A stretch of DNA of 64,000 nucleotides from Planctomycetota bacterium (GTDB lineage: Bacteria; Planctomycetota; MHYJ01; WSZJ01): assembly GCA_016190145.1 (NCBI GenBank), contig JACPRD010000189.1:64-64063 (forward strand), read 5' to 3'. The position numbers and the translations under genes are program-made. Within the stretch, counting starts at the first letter, position 1. The number at the start of each line of letters is the position of its first letter. Shown one piece after another: positions 1-8,391 of this stretch. The notes under the pieces are model-generated. The model searched no databases. It was given only the letters and a program-made list of their open reading frames with translations, and had not been told where the DNA came from.

Positions 1-155
1 GCAGGCCCACCGGCCGAGGGACGTGGCCCGATGACGCCGGGGCAACCACCCGCAGGGGGAAGGTGCCAATTCCCACCCGTGAAAGACGGGGGAGATAAGA
101 GAAGGAACCGCTTCGCCGACCCTCCTTCTCCTCCCCTGGAATCGAGGGTTTTTTC

Positions 156-1472
156 GTGGCGCAGGTAACGCTGGGGCTGATCGGGCTCGGGACCGTGGGG
201 ACGGGCGTGGTGCGCCTGCTCCGCGAGAACGGGGACCTGATCGAAAAGAAAACCGGGATCCGGTTCCGGCTGAAGCGCATCGCGGACCGCGGGATCCGCG
301 AGTTCCGCGAATTCGCCCTCGACGGCTACGAGCTGTCGGAGTCCGCGGACGCCGTTCTCGACGACCCCGAAATCGAAATCGCCATCGAGCTGATCGGCGG
401 CTACGAGCCCGCGCGCACGTACCTGCTCCAGGCCATCGAGCGCGGGAAACACGTCGTCACCGCCAACAAGGCGCTTCTCGCGAGGTTCGGGGGGGAGATC
501 TTCGCGCTGGCGGACCAGGTCGGAGTGGAGGTGGGTTTCGAGGGAAGCGTCGCCGGCACGGTGCCGATCATCCGGGTGCTGCAGGACGGTCTGGCCGCGA
601 ACCGCATCGAGAAGGTGGCGGGGATCGTGAACGGCACCACGAACTACATCCTCACGAAGATGACGGAGGAGGGGCTCGACTACGAACCGGCCCTCGCGCA
701 GGCGACGGCGGCGGGGTTCGCGGAGGCGGATCCGACGCTCGACGTGGACGGGGAGGACGCGGCGCACAAGCTCGCGATTCTCGCGACGCTCGCGTTCGGC
801 GTGCGGCCGGAGGCGAAGGACATTCACGTCGAGGGGATCCGCGGGCTCGGGCAGGAGGACATCCGGTTCGCGCGGGAGTCGGGGTACGTGCTGAAGCTGC
901 TGGCGATCGGCCGGAAGACGAACGGCCACGTCGAGCTGCGCGTGCATCCCGCGCTGGTGCCGAAGACCCACCCGCTCGCGTCGGTCCGCAACGAGTTCAA
1001 CGCGGTGTTCGTGCGCGGCGACGCTTCGCGCGAGACCATGTACTACGGCCGCGGGGCGGGCCAGATGCCGACGGCCTCGGCGGTTCTCTCGGACATCATC
1101 GAGATCGCGGAGCGCTCCCTGCACGACTGCCGCCGGCCCGAGTGCCGCGCCGCCGTGCGCGCCCGAAAACGGTCGCTCTACTGGTCCTCCGACCGCTTCC
1201 GGCCCGTCGACGGCATCCGCTCGCGCTACTACCTGCGGTTTCCCATCGTCGACGCGCCGGGGGCGATCGGGACGCTCACCACCATCCTCGGCCGCCACGG
1301 CGTCTCCATCGCCGCGGTCCACGCTTCCATCGTGGACGCCTCCGCGAACAAGGGCCGGATCGAGATCCTGACGCACGAGGCGCTGGAGAGCGCGGTGAAG
1401 GAGTCGTGCCTGGAGATCGGGAGGACGGGAATCCTGAGGGAGAAGGAACGATTGATCCGGGTGGAAGAATGA
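156..1472 (+). CDS. hom: homoserine dehydrogenase
   Basis: 438-aa ORF. N-terminal NAD-binding GLIGLGTVG, core motifs VTANKALLA and NGTTNYIL, and a C-terminal ACT-like region. GTG start preceded by GAGGG. ATGA overlap with the next gene. Confidence 0.9.
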   Translation: MAQVTLGLIGLGTVGTGVVRLLRENGDLIEKKTGIRFRLKRIADRGIREFREFALDGYELSESADAVLDDPEIEIAIELIGGYEPARTYLLQAIERGKHVVTANKALLARFGGEIFALADQVGVEVGFEGSVAGTVPIIRVLQDGLAANRIEKVAGIVNGTTNYILTKMTEEGLDYEPALAQATAAGFAEADPTLDVDGEDAAHKLAILATLAFGVRPEAKDIHVEGIRGLGQEDIRFARESGYVLKLLAIGRKTNGHVELRVHPALVPKTHPLASVRNEFNAVFVRGDASRETMYYGRGAGQMPTASAVLSDIIEIAERSLHDCRRPECRAAVRARKRSLYWSSDRFRPVDGIRSRYYLRFPIVDAPGAIGTLTTILGRHGVSIAAVHASIVDASANKGRIEILTHEALESAVKESCLEIGRTGILREKERLIRVEE

Positions 1473-2449
1473 CGGGCGCGCCGGACCTGACGAAGGCGTT
1501 CCGGGTGACGGCGGGGCCGGAGCCCGCCACGAACCGGAAGGTCCTGAAGAAGCTCGCCCCCGCGAAGGCGGGCGACCGCGGGCGCGTGCGCGCGCCGGCG
1601 ACGACGTCGAACATCGGCCCGGGGTTCGACGCGTTCGGGCTCGCGCTCACGCTCGAGAACGAGGCGACGTTCGAACCGGCGGAGCGCTGGGAGGTGCTGA
1701 TCGCGGGCGAGGGCTCGGAAGTCCTCCCCACGGACTCCACCAATCTCATCGCGCTGGCCTGCGCGCTGGGGCTCGAGGCGTGGAAAACCCCGATGAAGGC
1801 GCGCATCACCTGCGTGAATCGCGTTCCGCTGGGCCGCGGGCTCGGCTCGAGCGCCGCGGCGATCGTGACGGGCCTCGCCGGGGCCGCGGCCCTCTCGGGG
1901 CGCGAGCCGGGGCGGGACGAGATCCTCGAGCTCGCTCTCACTCTCGAACCCCATCCCGACAACCTCGCGGCCTGCCTCTGGGGCAGCTTCACCATCGCGG
2001 CGCCGCCCCACGTCGTCACGCTGCCGTGGCCCGACGCGCTCCGCATCGTCGCCGCCATTCCGGACTTCGCCGTCGAGACCGCGAAAGCCCGACAGATCCT
2101 GCCGAAGCAGGTGTCCCTGCAGGACGCCGTCCATAACATCGCCCGCGCCGCCACGCTCGCCGCGGCGGTCGCGAGCGATTCGTTCATTCCGACGTGGGCC
2201 CTCGACGACCGACTTCACCAGGACCACCGGGCCCCGCTCGTGCGGGCCTGGCCGGCCGCGCGCGAAGCCGCGATCCGCGCGGGCGCGCTGGGGGCGGCGA
2301 TCAGCGGAAGCGGCCCGACGGTCGTGGCGTTCACGCAGGACCACGCGCCGGACGTCGGAAAGGCGATGGTCGCGGAATTCGTGAAGGCCGGCGCCAGGGC
2401 CCGGGCGCTTGAGCTCGGCCCGGCGGCCGGGGCCAGCTGGAAACGGTAA
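1469..2449 (+). CDS. thrB: homoserine kinase (GHMP family)
   Basis: Internal ATG (residue 110 of ORF 1142..2449) overlaps the hom stop. Motifs TSNIGPGFDAFGLAL and PLGRGLGSSAAA. The upstream part of the ORF is Arg/Pro-rich shadow sequence. Confidence 0.85.
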   Translation: MTGAPDLTKAFRVTAGPEPATNRKVLKKLAPAKAGDRGRVRAPATTSNIGPGFDAFGLALTLENEATFEPAERWEVLIAGEGSEVLPTDSTNLIALACALGLEAWKTPMKARITCVNRVPLGRGLGSSAAAIVTGLAGAAALSGREPGRDEILELALTLEPHPDNLAACLWGSFTIAAPPHVVTLPWPDALRIVAAIPDFAVETAKARQILPKQVSLQDAVHNIARAATLAAAVASDSFIPTWALDDRLHQDHRAPLVRAWPAAREAAIRAGALGAAISGSGPTVVAFTQDHAPDVGKAMVAEFVKAGARARALELGPAAGASWKR

Positions 2450-2462
2450 GGAGATCACCAGG

Positions 2463-3692
2463 ATGTCCAACGACAGGCTCAACGGACTGAAATGCCGCGA
2501 GTGCGGCACGATCACGACGATCGGCCCGAAGTACGTCTGCGAGGACTGCTTCGGCCCGCTCGAAGTCGTCTACGACTACGACGCGATCCGGTCGCGGATC
2601 TCGCGCGAGAAGATCGCCGCGGGGCCGCATTCGATCTGGCGCTACCTGGACCTGCTGCCGGTCAGCGAGGACTGCATCGTCACGCTTCACGAGGGCATGA
2701 CCCCCCTCGTCGCTGCCCCGCGCCTCGGAAAGGAAATCGGCCTCCGAAATCTCTTCATCAAGAACGACTCCGTCAACCCCACCTTCTCGTTCAAGGACCG
2801 GGTCGTCGCGTGCGCCGTGTCGCGCGCGAAGGAATTCGGATTCGATACGGTGTCGTGCGCTTCCACCGGAAACCTCGGCGGCTCGGTCGCGGCGTTCGGG
2901 GCGGTGAGCGGGATGCGGCCGGTGGTGTTCGTTCCGGCGGACCTCGAGCCGTCGAAGATCGTGGGCATCGGCGCGTACGGGCCGACGCTGATCGCGGTGG
3001 ACGGGAGCTACGACGACGTGAACCGGCTGTGCGCCGAGATTTCCGCGACGAAGAAATGGGCGTTCGTGAACATCAACCTGCGGCCGTTCTACAGCGAGGG
3101 GTCGAAGACGCTGGGGTACGAGGTCGCGGAGCAGCTCGGCTGGCGCGCGCCGGACCACGTCGTGGTGCCGATCGCGAGCGGGTCGCTTCTGTGCAAGATC
3201 CACAAGGGCCTGCACGAGTTCGAGACGCTGGGCCTGATCGGGCCCGTGAAGACGCGGATCTCGGGCGCGCAGGGCTCGGGCTGCTCGCCGGTCGCGACGG
3301 CGTTCGCCGCGGGGCGCGACGAGATCGTTCCGGTCCGGCCGGCGACGATCGCCAAGTCGCTCGCGATCGGCAATCCGGCCGACGGGATTTACGCGCTCGA
3401 CATCATCCGGAAGACCGGCGGCGCGGCGGACTCCGCGACCGATCCGGAGATTATCGACGCGATGAAACTGCTCGCGCGGACCGAGGGGATCTTCACGGAA
3501 ACCGCCGGCGGGGTGACGGTCAGCGTGCTCCGGAAACTCGCCACGCGGGGGAAGATCGGGCGCGACGAGGTCACCGTCGCGTACATCACCGGTAACGGCT
3601 ACAAGACGCAGGAAGCGGTCGCGCCGACGCTTCCCCAGCCTCCCGTCATCCGCCCGACCGTGAAGGAGGTCGAGCGGGTCCTTGGTTCGTGA
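2463..3692 (+). CDS. thrC: threonine synthase with N-terminal zinc ribbon
   Basis: ATG after an AAGGAGA SD. CRECG...CEDC ribbon, PLP-lysine motif FSFKDR, STGNLG. Third gene of the hom-thrB-thrC operon. Confidence 0.9.
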   Translation: MSNDRLNGLKCRECGTITTIGPKYVCEDCFGPLEVVYDYDAIRSRISREKIAAGPHSIWRYLDLLPVSEDCIVTLHEGMTPLVAAPRLGKEIGLRNLFIKNDSVNPTFSFKDRVVACAVSRAKEFGFDTVSCASTGNLGGSVAAFGAVSGMRPVVFVPADLEPSKIVGIGAYGPTLIAVDGSYDDVNRLCAEISATKKWAFVNINLRPFYSEGSKTLGYEVAEQLGWRAPDHVVVPIASGSLLCKIHKGLHEFETLGLIGPVKTRISGAQGSGCSPVATAFAAGRDEIVPVRPATIAKSLAIGNPADGIYALDIIRKTGGAADSATDPEIIDAMKLLARTEGIFTETAGGVTVSVLRKLATRGKIGRDEVTVAYITGNGYKTQEAVAPTLPQPPVIRPTVKEVERVLGS

Positions 3693-3714
3693 GGTTGTAG
3701 CGCGATTCCCGGGG

Positions 3715-3742
3715 CCATAAACCAGAAGCCATAAGCCATAAG
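3715..3742. repeat. CCATAAG-type heptamer repeats in the loop of a GC hairpin (GCGCGATTCCCGG / CCGGGATCGCGC) between convergent genes
   Basis: The sequence ccataaaccagaagccataagccataag is flanked by an inverted GC repeat. The same heptamer family occurs at 8812..9021. Confidence 0.6.
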
Positions 3743-3770
3743 GAAAGGCCGGGATCGCGCGCGGACCGAC

Positions 3771-4844
3771 TCATCGGGCCAGCGCTTCGCGCACGAGCGC
3801 GCGGAGCACCTCCGAGCGTCTGACGATCCGCGCCGCCGGGGCCGCGGAGCGTTCGTAGAGGCCGACGAAGAACCCGCCGCTCGGCGTTCCGCGGAGGCTG
3901 CGGTCGCGGAAGGCGCGCAGGGTGTCGACGCGCGAGGCGTCGGCGGACCCGCACGCGGCGGTGGCGACGATGCAATACTTGTCCTTGTACTTGTGGTAGC
4001 GGCCCTTCACGCCCCCGCCGTAATCGTCGTCGTCGTCGTCGACCCACTGGTCGTCGTCGTCGCTGCTGCTGCCGCCGCCGCCGCCGCCGGAGGGCGAAGT
4101 GGGGGCGCGGGGGGCTGGTGCAGGCGCGGGTTCGGGTGCGGGAGCCGGCTCCGGTTCGGGTTCCGGCTCGGGTTCCGGCTCCGGTTCCGGCGGAGGCGCC
4201 GGGGGGAGGATGCCGTCGCCGCCGCCGCCCAGCCCGTAGAGCGCCTGCGCGCCCGCGATGTCGTCGGGCTGGAGGACCGAGACGCTTCCGACCGAGGGAT
4301 TCATGATCGCGGTCACGCCCGTCTCATGTCCGAGGCCGATGGAGTGGCCGAATTCGTGGAGAGCGACCTTCTTGAGCAGGAGGGCGTCGGACCACGTGAA
4401 ATGCTGTCCGTTGAATCCAACGTCGGCGTCGACCATCGAGCTGCCGGAATAGTCGAAGACGCAGACGCCGATGGCGCTCGAGCCGTAGCCCCAGCCGGAT
4501 TCGATCCAGGTGGCGACGTGCAGGCCATCGCCGGTGACCATGCCGGCGGCCGTGGTGCCGGTGTACTGGAGGTCGAGGTTGCCGCCCGTCGCGTCCTCCC
4601 ATTCGAGGAGGCAGGCGATGAGCGTCGTGAATTCCCCGTCCTGCGTGACGGGTCCACCGGCCATGTCCGGCGTCCCGAGATCGTTGAAAACCCAGTTGAC
4701 GTCGCCGCCGCTCGTGGAAGGGGCGAGGCCGCCGCCCCATTTCGCGGGAGGCGAGCCGTAGGTGACGAATCCGTCCGCCCTGGGCGAACAGAGGAGGGCT
4801 GCGAGGATGAACGCCAGCGGGCCGGCGAGGAGAAGCTTCTTCAT
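3771..4844 (-). CDS. secreted matrixin-like zinc metalloprotease with (PE)n linker and CFI-box-like C-terminal module
   Basis: Signal peptide MKKLLLAGPLAFILAALLC. HEFGHSIGLGHE zinc motif and AIMNP Met-turn. PEPEPEPE linker and poly-G/poly-D runs. C-terminal CIVATAACGS...LRAFRD tail. Start chosen at the internal ATG of ORF 3771..5015. Confidence 0.7.
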   Translation of the reverse strand: MKKLLLAGPLAFILAALLCSPRADGFVTYGSPPAKWGGGLAPSTSGGDVNWVFNDLGTPDMAGGPVTQDGEFTTLIACLLEWEDATGGNLDLQYTGTTAAGMVTGDGLHVATWIESGWGYGSSAIGVCVFDYSGSSMVDADVGFNGQHFTWSDALLLKKVALHEFGHSIGLGHETGVTAIMNPSVGSVSVLQPDDIAGAQALYGLGGGGDGILPPAPPPEPEPEPEPEPEPEPAPAPEPAPAPAPRAPTSPSGGGGGGSSSDDDDQWVDDDDDDYGGGVKGRYHKYKDKYCIVATAACGSADASRVDTLRAFRDRSLRGTPSGGFFVGLYERSAAPAARIVRRSEVLRALVREALAR

Positions 4845-5419
4845 TTGGCGGCCTCCGCCTGGAGCCGGGCGACGAGATCCGCGAGCGGCTCGATCGAGTC
4901 GCCGGGCGCGTTCGCGTCGGCGAGGTTGCCCGAGGCCGTCCGGGACATGAAATGGGCGTCGGAGTAGGAACGGCGGGCGACTTCCGTGCCGTCGTCCGCG
5001 GTCGTGACGGTCCACCGTCCCTGGATCACGCCCGCGATCGGGCTCAGCTTCGCGGTTTCAGGATTGCGTTCGAGGCAGAGGAGAAGGCGTTCGCCGTTGG
5101 TGAAGAGGGGCACGCCGGGGGCGAGCTGGGTGCGTTCGCCGATGGTGCCGCCGAGGACATGAAGCGTGAGGATGGTGCCGGCGGGGTCATTGCCCTTGAC
5201 GGTCTGGTCGATCCGGAAGGTCGCGACCGTGTAGATGTTCTCGAACCCATCCCCATCGGGATCCATCCAACGAGCCTGCGCCGTAGTGACGGTTCCGACC
5301 ACGACCCGTTCGCTTTGCGCGACGATGTCGGCGTCGGTGAGCAGGAGCAGCGTCAGGGGTCTTGCCGCGACCGCGGCGAGGAGGAGGAAGGCGAAGCAGG
5401 CTCCGAGGCGTTTGAGCAT
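4841..5419 (-). CDS. secreted hypothetical protein
   Basis: 192-aa ORF with signal peptide MLKRLGACFAFLLLAAVAA and GC3-rich codons. ATGA overlap with the downstream metalloprotease gene. Confidence 0.6.
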   Translation of the reverse strand: MLKRLGACFAFLLLAAVAARPLTLLLLTDADIVAQSERVVVGTVTTAQARWMDPDGDGFENIYTVATFRIDQTVKGNDPAGTILTLHVLGGTIGERTQLAPGVPLFTNGERLLLCLERNPETAKLSPIAGVIQGRWTVTTADDGTEVARRSYSDAHFMSRTASGNLADANAPGDSIEPLADLVARLQAEAAK

Positions 5420-5543
5420 GCGGCGTTCTCCCGAATCTGGATGGGGCGGGTTCCTGGGTGTCGGGAAGGCAGGGACACTCTCCTTACGGGAGCAAAGGGC
5501 GTTCCTCCGAATAAAACCTATAAAACGTCTGAATTTGGGGTTT

Positions 5544-6029
5544 TCAGGCGAACTTCATCGCAAAGATGAGTTTACATGTCAGGTTTTGCTTACATTTTGC
5601 AAAACTGCCAACCTCAATGGGTTGCAGCGCACTACGAAATGTGGCCTTCCAGCTCGGGATGATGGCGTGCATTACTGTACGGTCGATCTTGCTCCGAAGC
5701 CCGGTCAAGCCGCTTCCGGCCGCCGGAATCGAAAGAGCTGCACCAGCGCCGTCAGCGCCGAGCCCGGCGTGCACCACCGCGATCGCCTTCGGCGACCCCG
5801 GCACGCGCTCCGGAATCCAGTCGATCCCGCAAAGGCTGCACCGGTCCGGCACGAGCGCCGACGTGAGAAGCACCGAGAGCATCCACGCGAGCGAGAGCCC
5901 GCAGACCGCCGCCAGCGGCACATCCACCAACAGGGGAAAATCGACGATCTGCGCGAGAAGAGGGAGCAGCAGGATGCCCGCCGTCTGCGAGGCAAAGAAG
6001 ACCCGGTTGTCCCGCAGCACATCCAGCAT
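5544..6029 (-). CDS. hypothetical membrane protein (C-terminal part doubtful)
   Basis: Starts 10 nt after the DUF983 stop. The N-terminal 60 residues are hydrophobic helices. The last ~50 codons run into an AT-rich region and look non-coding. Confidence 0.35.
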   Translation of the reverse strand: MLDVLRDNRVFFASQTAGILLLPLLAQIVDFPLLVDVPLAAVCGLSLAWMLSVLLTSALVPDRCSLCGIDWIPERVPGSPKAIAVVHAGLGADGAGAALSIPAAGSGLTGLRSKIDRTVMHAIIPSWKATFRSALQPIEVGSFAKCKQNLTCKLIFAMKFA

Positions 6030-6039
6030 CGCCGCGCCT

Positions 6040-6369
6040 CTACCAGTTGCCCAGAGTGCGGTCGAAGTGCAGCCAGAGCACGCGCGAGTACTGCCGCAGG
6101 GCGGGGAAGAGGAGCGCGAGAAACCCGCCGGTGGCCGCGACGCAGTGCCAGTAGGCGACGCCCGCGTACAGGAGCCCGAGAAACACCGGCGTCCCGATCG
6201 CGAGCGTCATGCCGTAGCTGAAGTAAATGGCGCCCATGAAATACCCCGGCTCCGGGAAGTACCCGAATCCGCACTCCGGACACCGCGCGTGCATCCGGAA
6301 CAGCCCGGCGAACACCGCTCCCTTCAGGCACTGCGGGCAGCGCCGCCTCAGGATCGCCCCGAACCTCAT
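6040..6369 (-). CDS. DUF983 family membrane protein
   Basis: CPQC...CPEC zinc-ribbon pair followed by two TM helices, which is the typical DUF983 architecture. Its ATG directly abuts the rhodanese TAG. Confidence 0.75.
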   Translation of the reverse strand: MRFGAILRRRCPQCLKGAVFAGLFRMHARCPECGFGYFPEPGYFMGAIYFSYGMTLAIGTPVFLGLLYAGVAYWHCVAATGGFLALLFPALRQYSRVLWLHFDRTLGNW

Positions 6370-6723
6370 CTATCCGGCCTTCTCCACCACGGGAAACCCC
6401 GCCTTCTCCCAGGCCGCGATCCCGCCGTCCAGGACCGCGGCGTTCGGCCACCCGTCCGCCACGTACTGCGCCGCCAGACCGGCGGCGCTCACGTCGTTCG
6501 GTCAGCCTCAGTAGAAGACGACTTCCGTGTCTTTCTCGATCCGCGGCGCCCGCTTCTCGAACTCCGGCATCGAGATCGACCCGTCCAGGTGCGATTCGTC
6601 CCAGTCGTCCTGGTCGTAAATGCAGACCAGCACCGTCTTCTTCGCCCCCGAAATCAGCCTCTTCCGCACCTCCTGCACGCTCACCCGTCTCGGTCCGGCC
6701 GCCGGCTTGACGCTTCCCGCCAT
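6370..6723 (-). CDS. single-domain rhodanese/sulfurtransferase with two in-frame TGA codons (putative selenocysteines) in the active-site loop
   Basis: ORF 6508..6723 ends ...EVVFY at TGA. Reading on in frame gives TGA-GGC-TGA and then 43 sense codons (PNDVSAAGLAAQYVADGWPNAAVLDGGIAAWEKAGFPVVEKAG) up to TAG at 6370..6372. The 117-residue product matches rhodaneses with a Y-C-x-C-P-N-[DE] loop, and both Cys positions are TGA. Confidence 0.6.
6461..6494 (-). promoter_or_regulatory. SECIS-like hairpin downstream of the two TGA codons
   Basis: mRNA ACGU-GA-GCGCCGCC-GGUCU-GGCGGCGC-AGU-ACGU. It has an 8-bp GC upper stem, a 5-nt GGUCU loop, an internal loop and a 4-bp lower stem. The loop begins 21 nt after the second UGA and 27 nt after the first. 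Confidence 0.5.
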
Positions 6724-6747
6724 GATTCTCTCCTCAACGAATCTCCG

Positions 6748-7971
6748 CTACCACCACCTCGCCTCATCGTACCCGCCCCGGATCAACCGGTGCACCGCCT
6801 GCCCCAGAATCTCCCTTCCCCACTTGAACCGCGCGTACAACCGGATGAACGCGAGGATCTCCGCGATCACCTTCGCCCGTTCCCCGATCCCCAGCGGCCC
6901 GAGCGCCTTCCAGAAGTCGGCTTCGTGCGGACGTCCGAAGGCGATCTGAAGCGGATTCCACTGGTCGCTGCACCGGCGTACTTCGCTCGCGATGTGCCTC
7001 CGGTACACCGCCTGCGCGGGTTCGCCGTGGAAGGCCGCCTCGACGATCGACTCGCCGCAGATCGCACCCGAGTGGAGCGCCGCCGACATGCCTTCGGCCA
7101 TCATGTTGAGGAACCCCGCGGCCTGCCCCGTGATCAGGACGCGGCCGCGCCCGAACACGTACCGGTTCACGAGCGACAGCCCGAAATTCTCGCCACAACC
7201 TTCCGAATCCTGCGCCGGCCCGAGCCGCACGCCGTGGCGCTTCCCCAGGTACTTCACCACGTTTGCGTGCGCCCGGTCGAAGTTGTGGCCGACGTCGAAC
7301 CCCACGCCGACGATCTGCCGGCCGTCGCGCGCGTGGCTCCAGGTGTAGTGGCCGAGCGCGGGGTGGAACCAGAAATGGAAGTAGCGGGTATCGAGCGGGC
7401 AGGCCTCGATCTGGTGGAACTTCTGGCCGACCATGAACCACGGGATCGACGCCTGGTACTCCGGGTAGACGGCCTTCACGACCATCGACGTCGGCCCATC
7501 CGCCCCCACGACCCAGCGCGCGCGGAATTCCTGCGGGCGGCCGCGGTGAGTCGCGTGCACGACGACCCCGCCGTCCCCCGCCTCCAGCCGCGCGAACGAC
7601 GTCTCGTCCTGCACCTCCACGCCGCTCCGCCGGATCGCCCACCAGTCCGACTGCTTGCGGTACAGGTGCGGCGTCGGCCCACCGAAAAAATCGATGTCGA
7701 TCGACGGCGCGCTCGGGAAATGGAACGTCACCCCCGTGCAGCTCGTCGGCTCGTGAAGGACTTCGCGGGGAAGCGGGCCGAAATTCTCGATCAGGAACCG
7801 GTGCCCGCGCGGCGAGAGGATCCCGCTGCAGACCTTGTGGCGCGGCAGCTTCTTCCGCTCGATCACCACCGTCTCGAGCCCCGCGTCCACCAGTCGCTTC
7901 GCACAGGCGGCCGCCGACAGGCTCGCGCCGACGACGAGGACGTCCACGTTTCGCGGGGAGGGGGAGATCAT
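6748..7971 (-). CDS. FAD-dependent oxidoreductase (geranylgeranyl reductase-like family)
   Basis: 407 aa. N-terminal dinucleotide-binding DVLVVGASLSAAACAKRL...VVIERK, with family-typical length and CSGILSP region. Confidence 0.75.
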   Translation of the reverse strand: MISPSPRNVDVLVVGASLSAAACAKRLVDAGLETVVIERKKLPRHKVCSGILSPRGHRFLIENFGPLPREVLHEPTSCTGVTFHFPSAPSIDIDFFGGPTPHLYRKQSDWWAIRRSGVEVQDETSFARLEAGDGGVVVHATHRGRPQEFRARWVVGADGPTSMVVKAVYPEYQASIPWFMVGQKFHQIEACPLDTRYFHFWFHPALGHYTWSHARDGRQIVGVGFDVGHNFDRAHANVVKYLGKRHGVRLGPAQDSEGCGENFGLSLVNRYVFGRGRVLITGQAAGFLNMMAEGMSAALHSGAICGESIVEAAFHGEPAQAVYRRHIASEVRRCSDQWNPLQIAFGRPHEADFWKALGPLGIGERAKVIAEILAFIRLYARFKWGREILGQAVHRLIRGGYDEARWW

Positions 7972-7998
7972 GGAAGCGGGGCGAAGCGGGAGATCCGG

Positions 7999-8391
7999 CT
8001 ATTTCTCCCAGGTCTCGTGCGCGGCGTTCTGGTAGACGGCGAAGGGCTCTCCGGTCGTCCGGGCGAAGATCACCGCGTATTTCTCGTTCCCGGCGACGAC
8101 CGTGCGGTCCGGGAGGGTCGCATGGCGGAGGCGGGCGTCCGGTTCGAAGAGCCAGCGGACGTGGATCAGGCGTCTCTCGTCGGGCGGGGGGATCCCGAGC
8201 TGCTTCGCGAACTCCGCGGTCGTGAATCCGTCCTCGATCCGTCCTTTCGAGACGCGCAGCGCCGCGAAGGCTTCCTCGCGCGTCGGGTACGGTCCGACGT
8301 AACTGCCCTTCATCGGCCCGCCCCATCGGACGAGCATGCGCATCGCGAAGTTGTTGCCGGCGTTCGTGAGGAACTCCTCACCGGAGATCAT
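7999..8391 (-). CDS. hypothetical protein
   Basis: 130-aa ORF with GC3-rich codon usage, tightly packed in the same-strand gene string. No motif recognised. Confidence 0.55.
   Translation of the reverse strand: MISGEEFLTNAGNNFAMRMLVRWGGPMKGSYVGPYPTREEAFAALRVSKGRIEDGFTTAEFAKQLGIPPPDERRLIHVRWLFEPDARLRHATLPDRTVVAGNEKYAVIFARTTGEPFAVYQNAAHETWEK

Noticed and set aside
1-155. Possible attenuator or leader upstream of hom (hairpin GAGAAGGA...TCCTTCTC, then CCCU-loop-AGGG followed by a T run).
   Set aside because: The stems are only 4-8 bp, and the T run overlaps the presumed SD/start spacing of hom. No leader peptide with Thr/Ile codons was found. The evidence is too weak to call.
4100-4200. Tandem DNA repeats (ggttccggctc units). 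A similar run lies at 27700..27880.
   Set aside because: They lie inside well-supported CDSs and encode PEPEPE or PEPPKPEPPRP linkers. They are coding low-complexity sequence, not independent repeat elements.
5420-5700. AT-rich stretch inspected for a tRNA-Sec (selC), another tRNA or a small RNA near the putative selenoprotein gene.
   Set aside because: No cloverleaf, T-loop (GGTTCGA-type) or other recognisable RNA signature was found. It is more likely the promoter region of gene 4841..5419 plus the doubtful 3' end of ORF 5544..6029.
6502-6510. Genome-wide reassignment of TGA (to Gly or Trp) as an explanation for the two in-frame TGAs.
   Set aside because: TGA terminates other well-supported genes here at the expected protein ends (for example hom at 1470..1472 and the ECF sigma at 23042..23044). 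The TGAs fall on Cys positions, not Gly or Trp positions.
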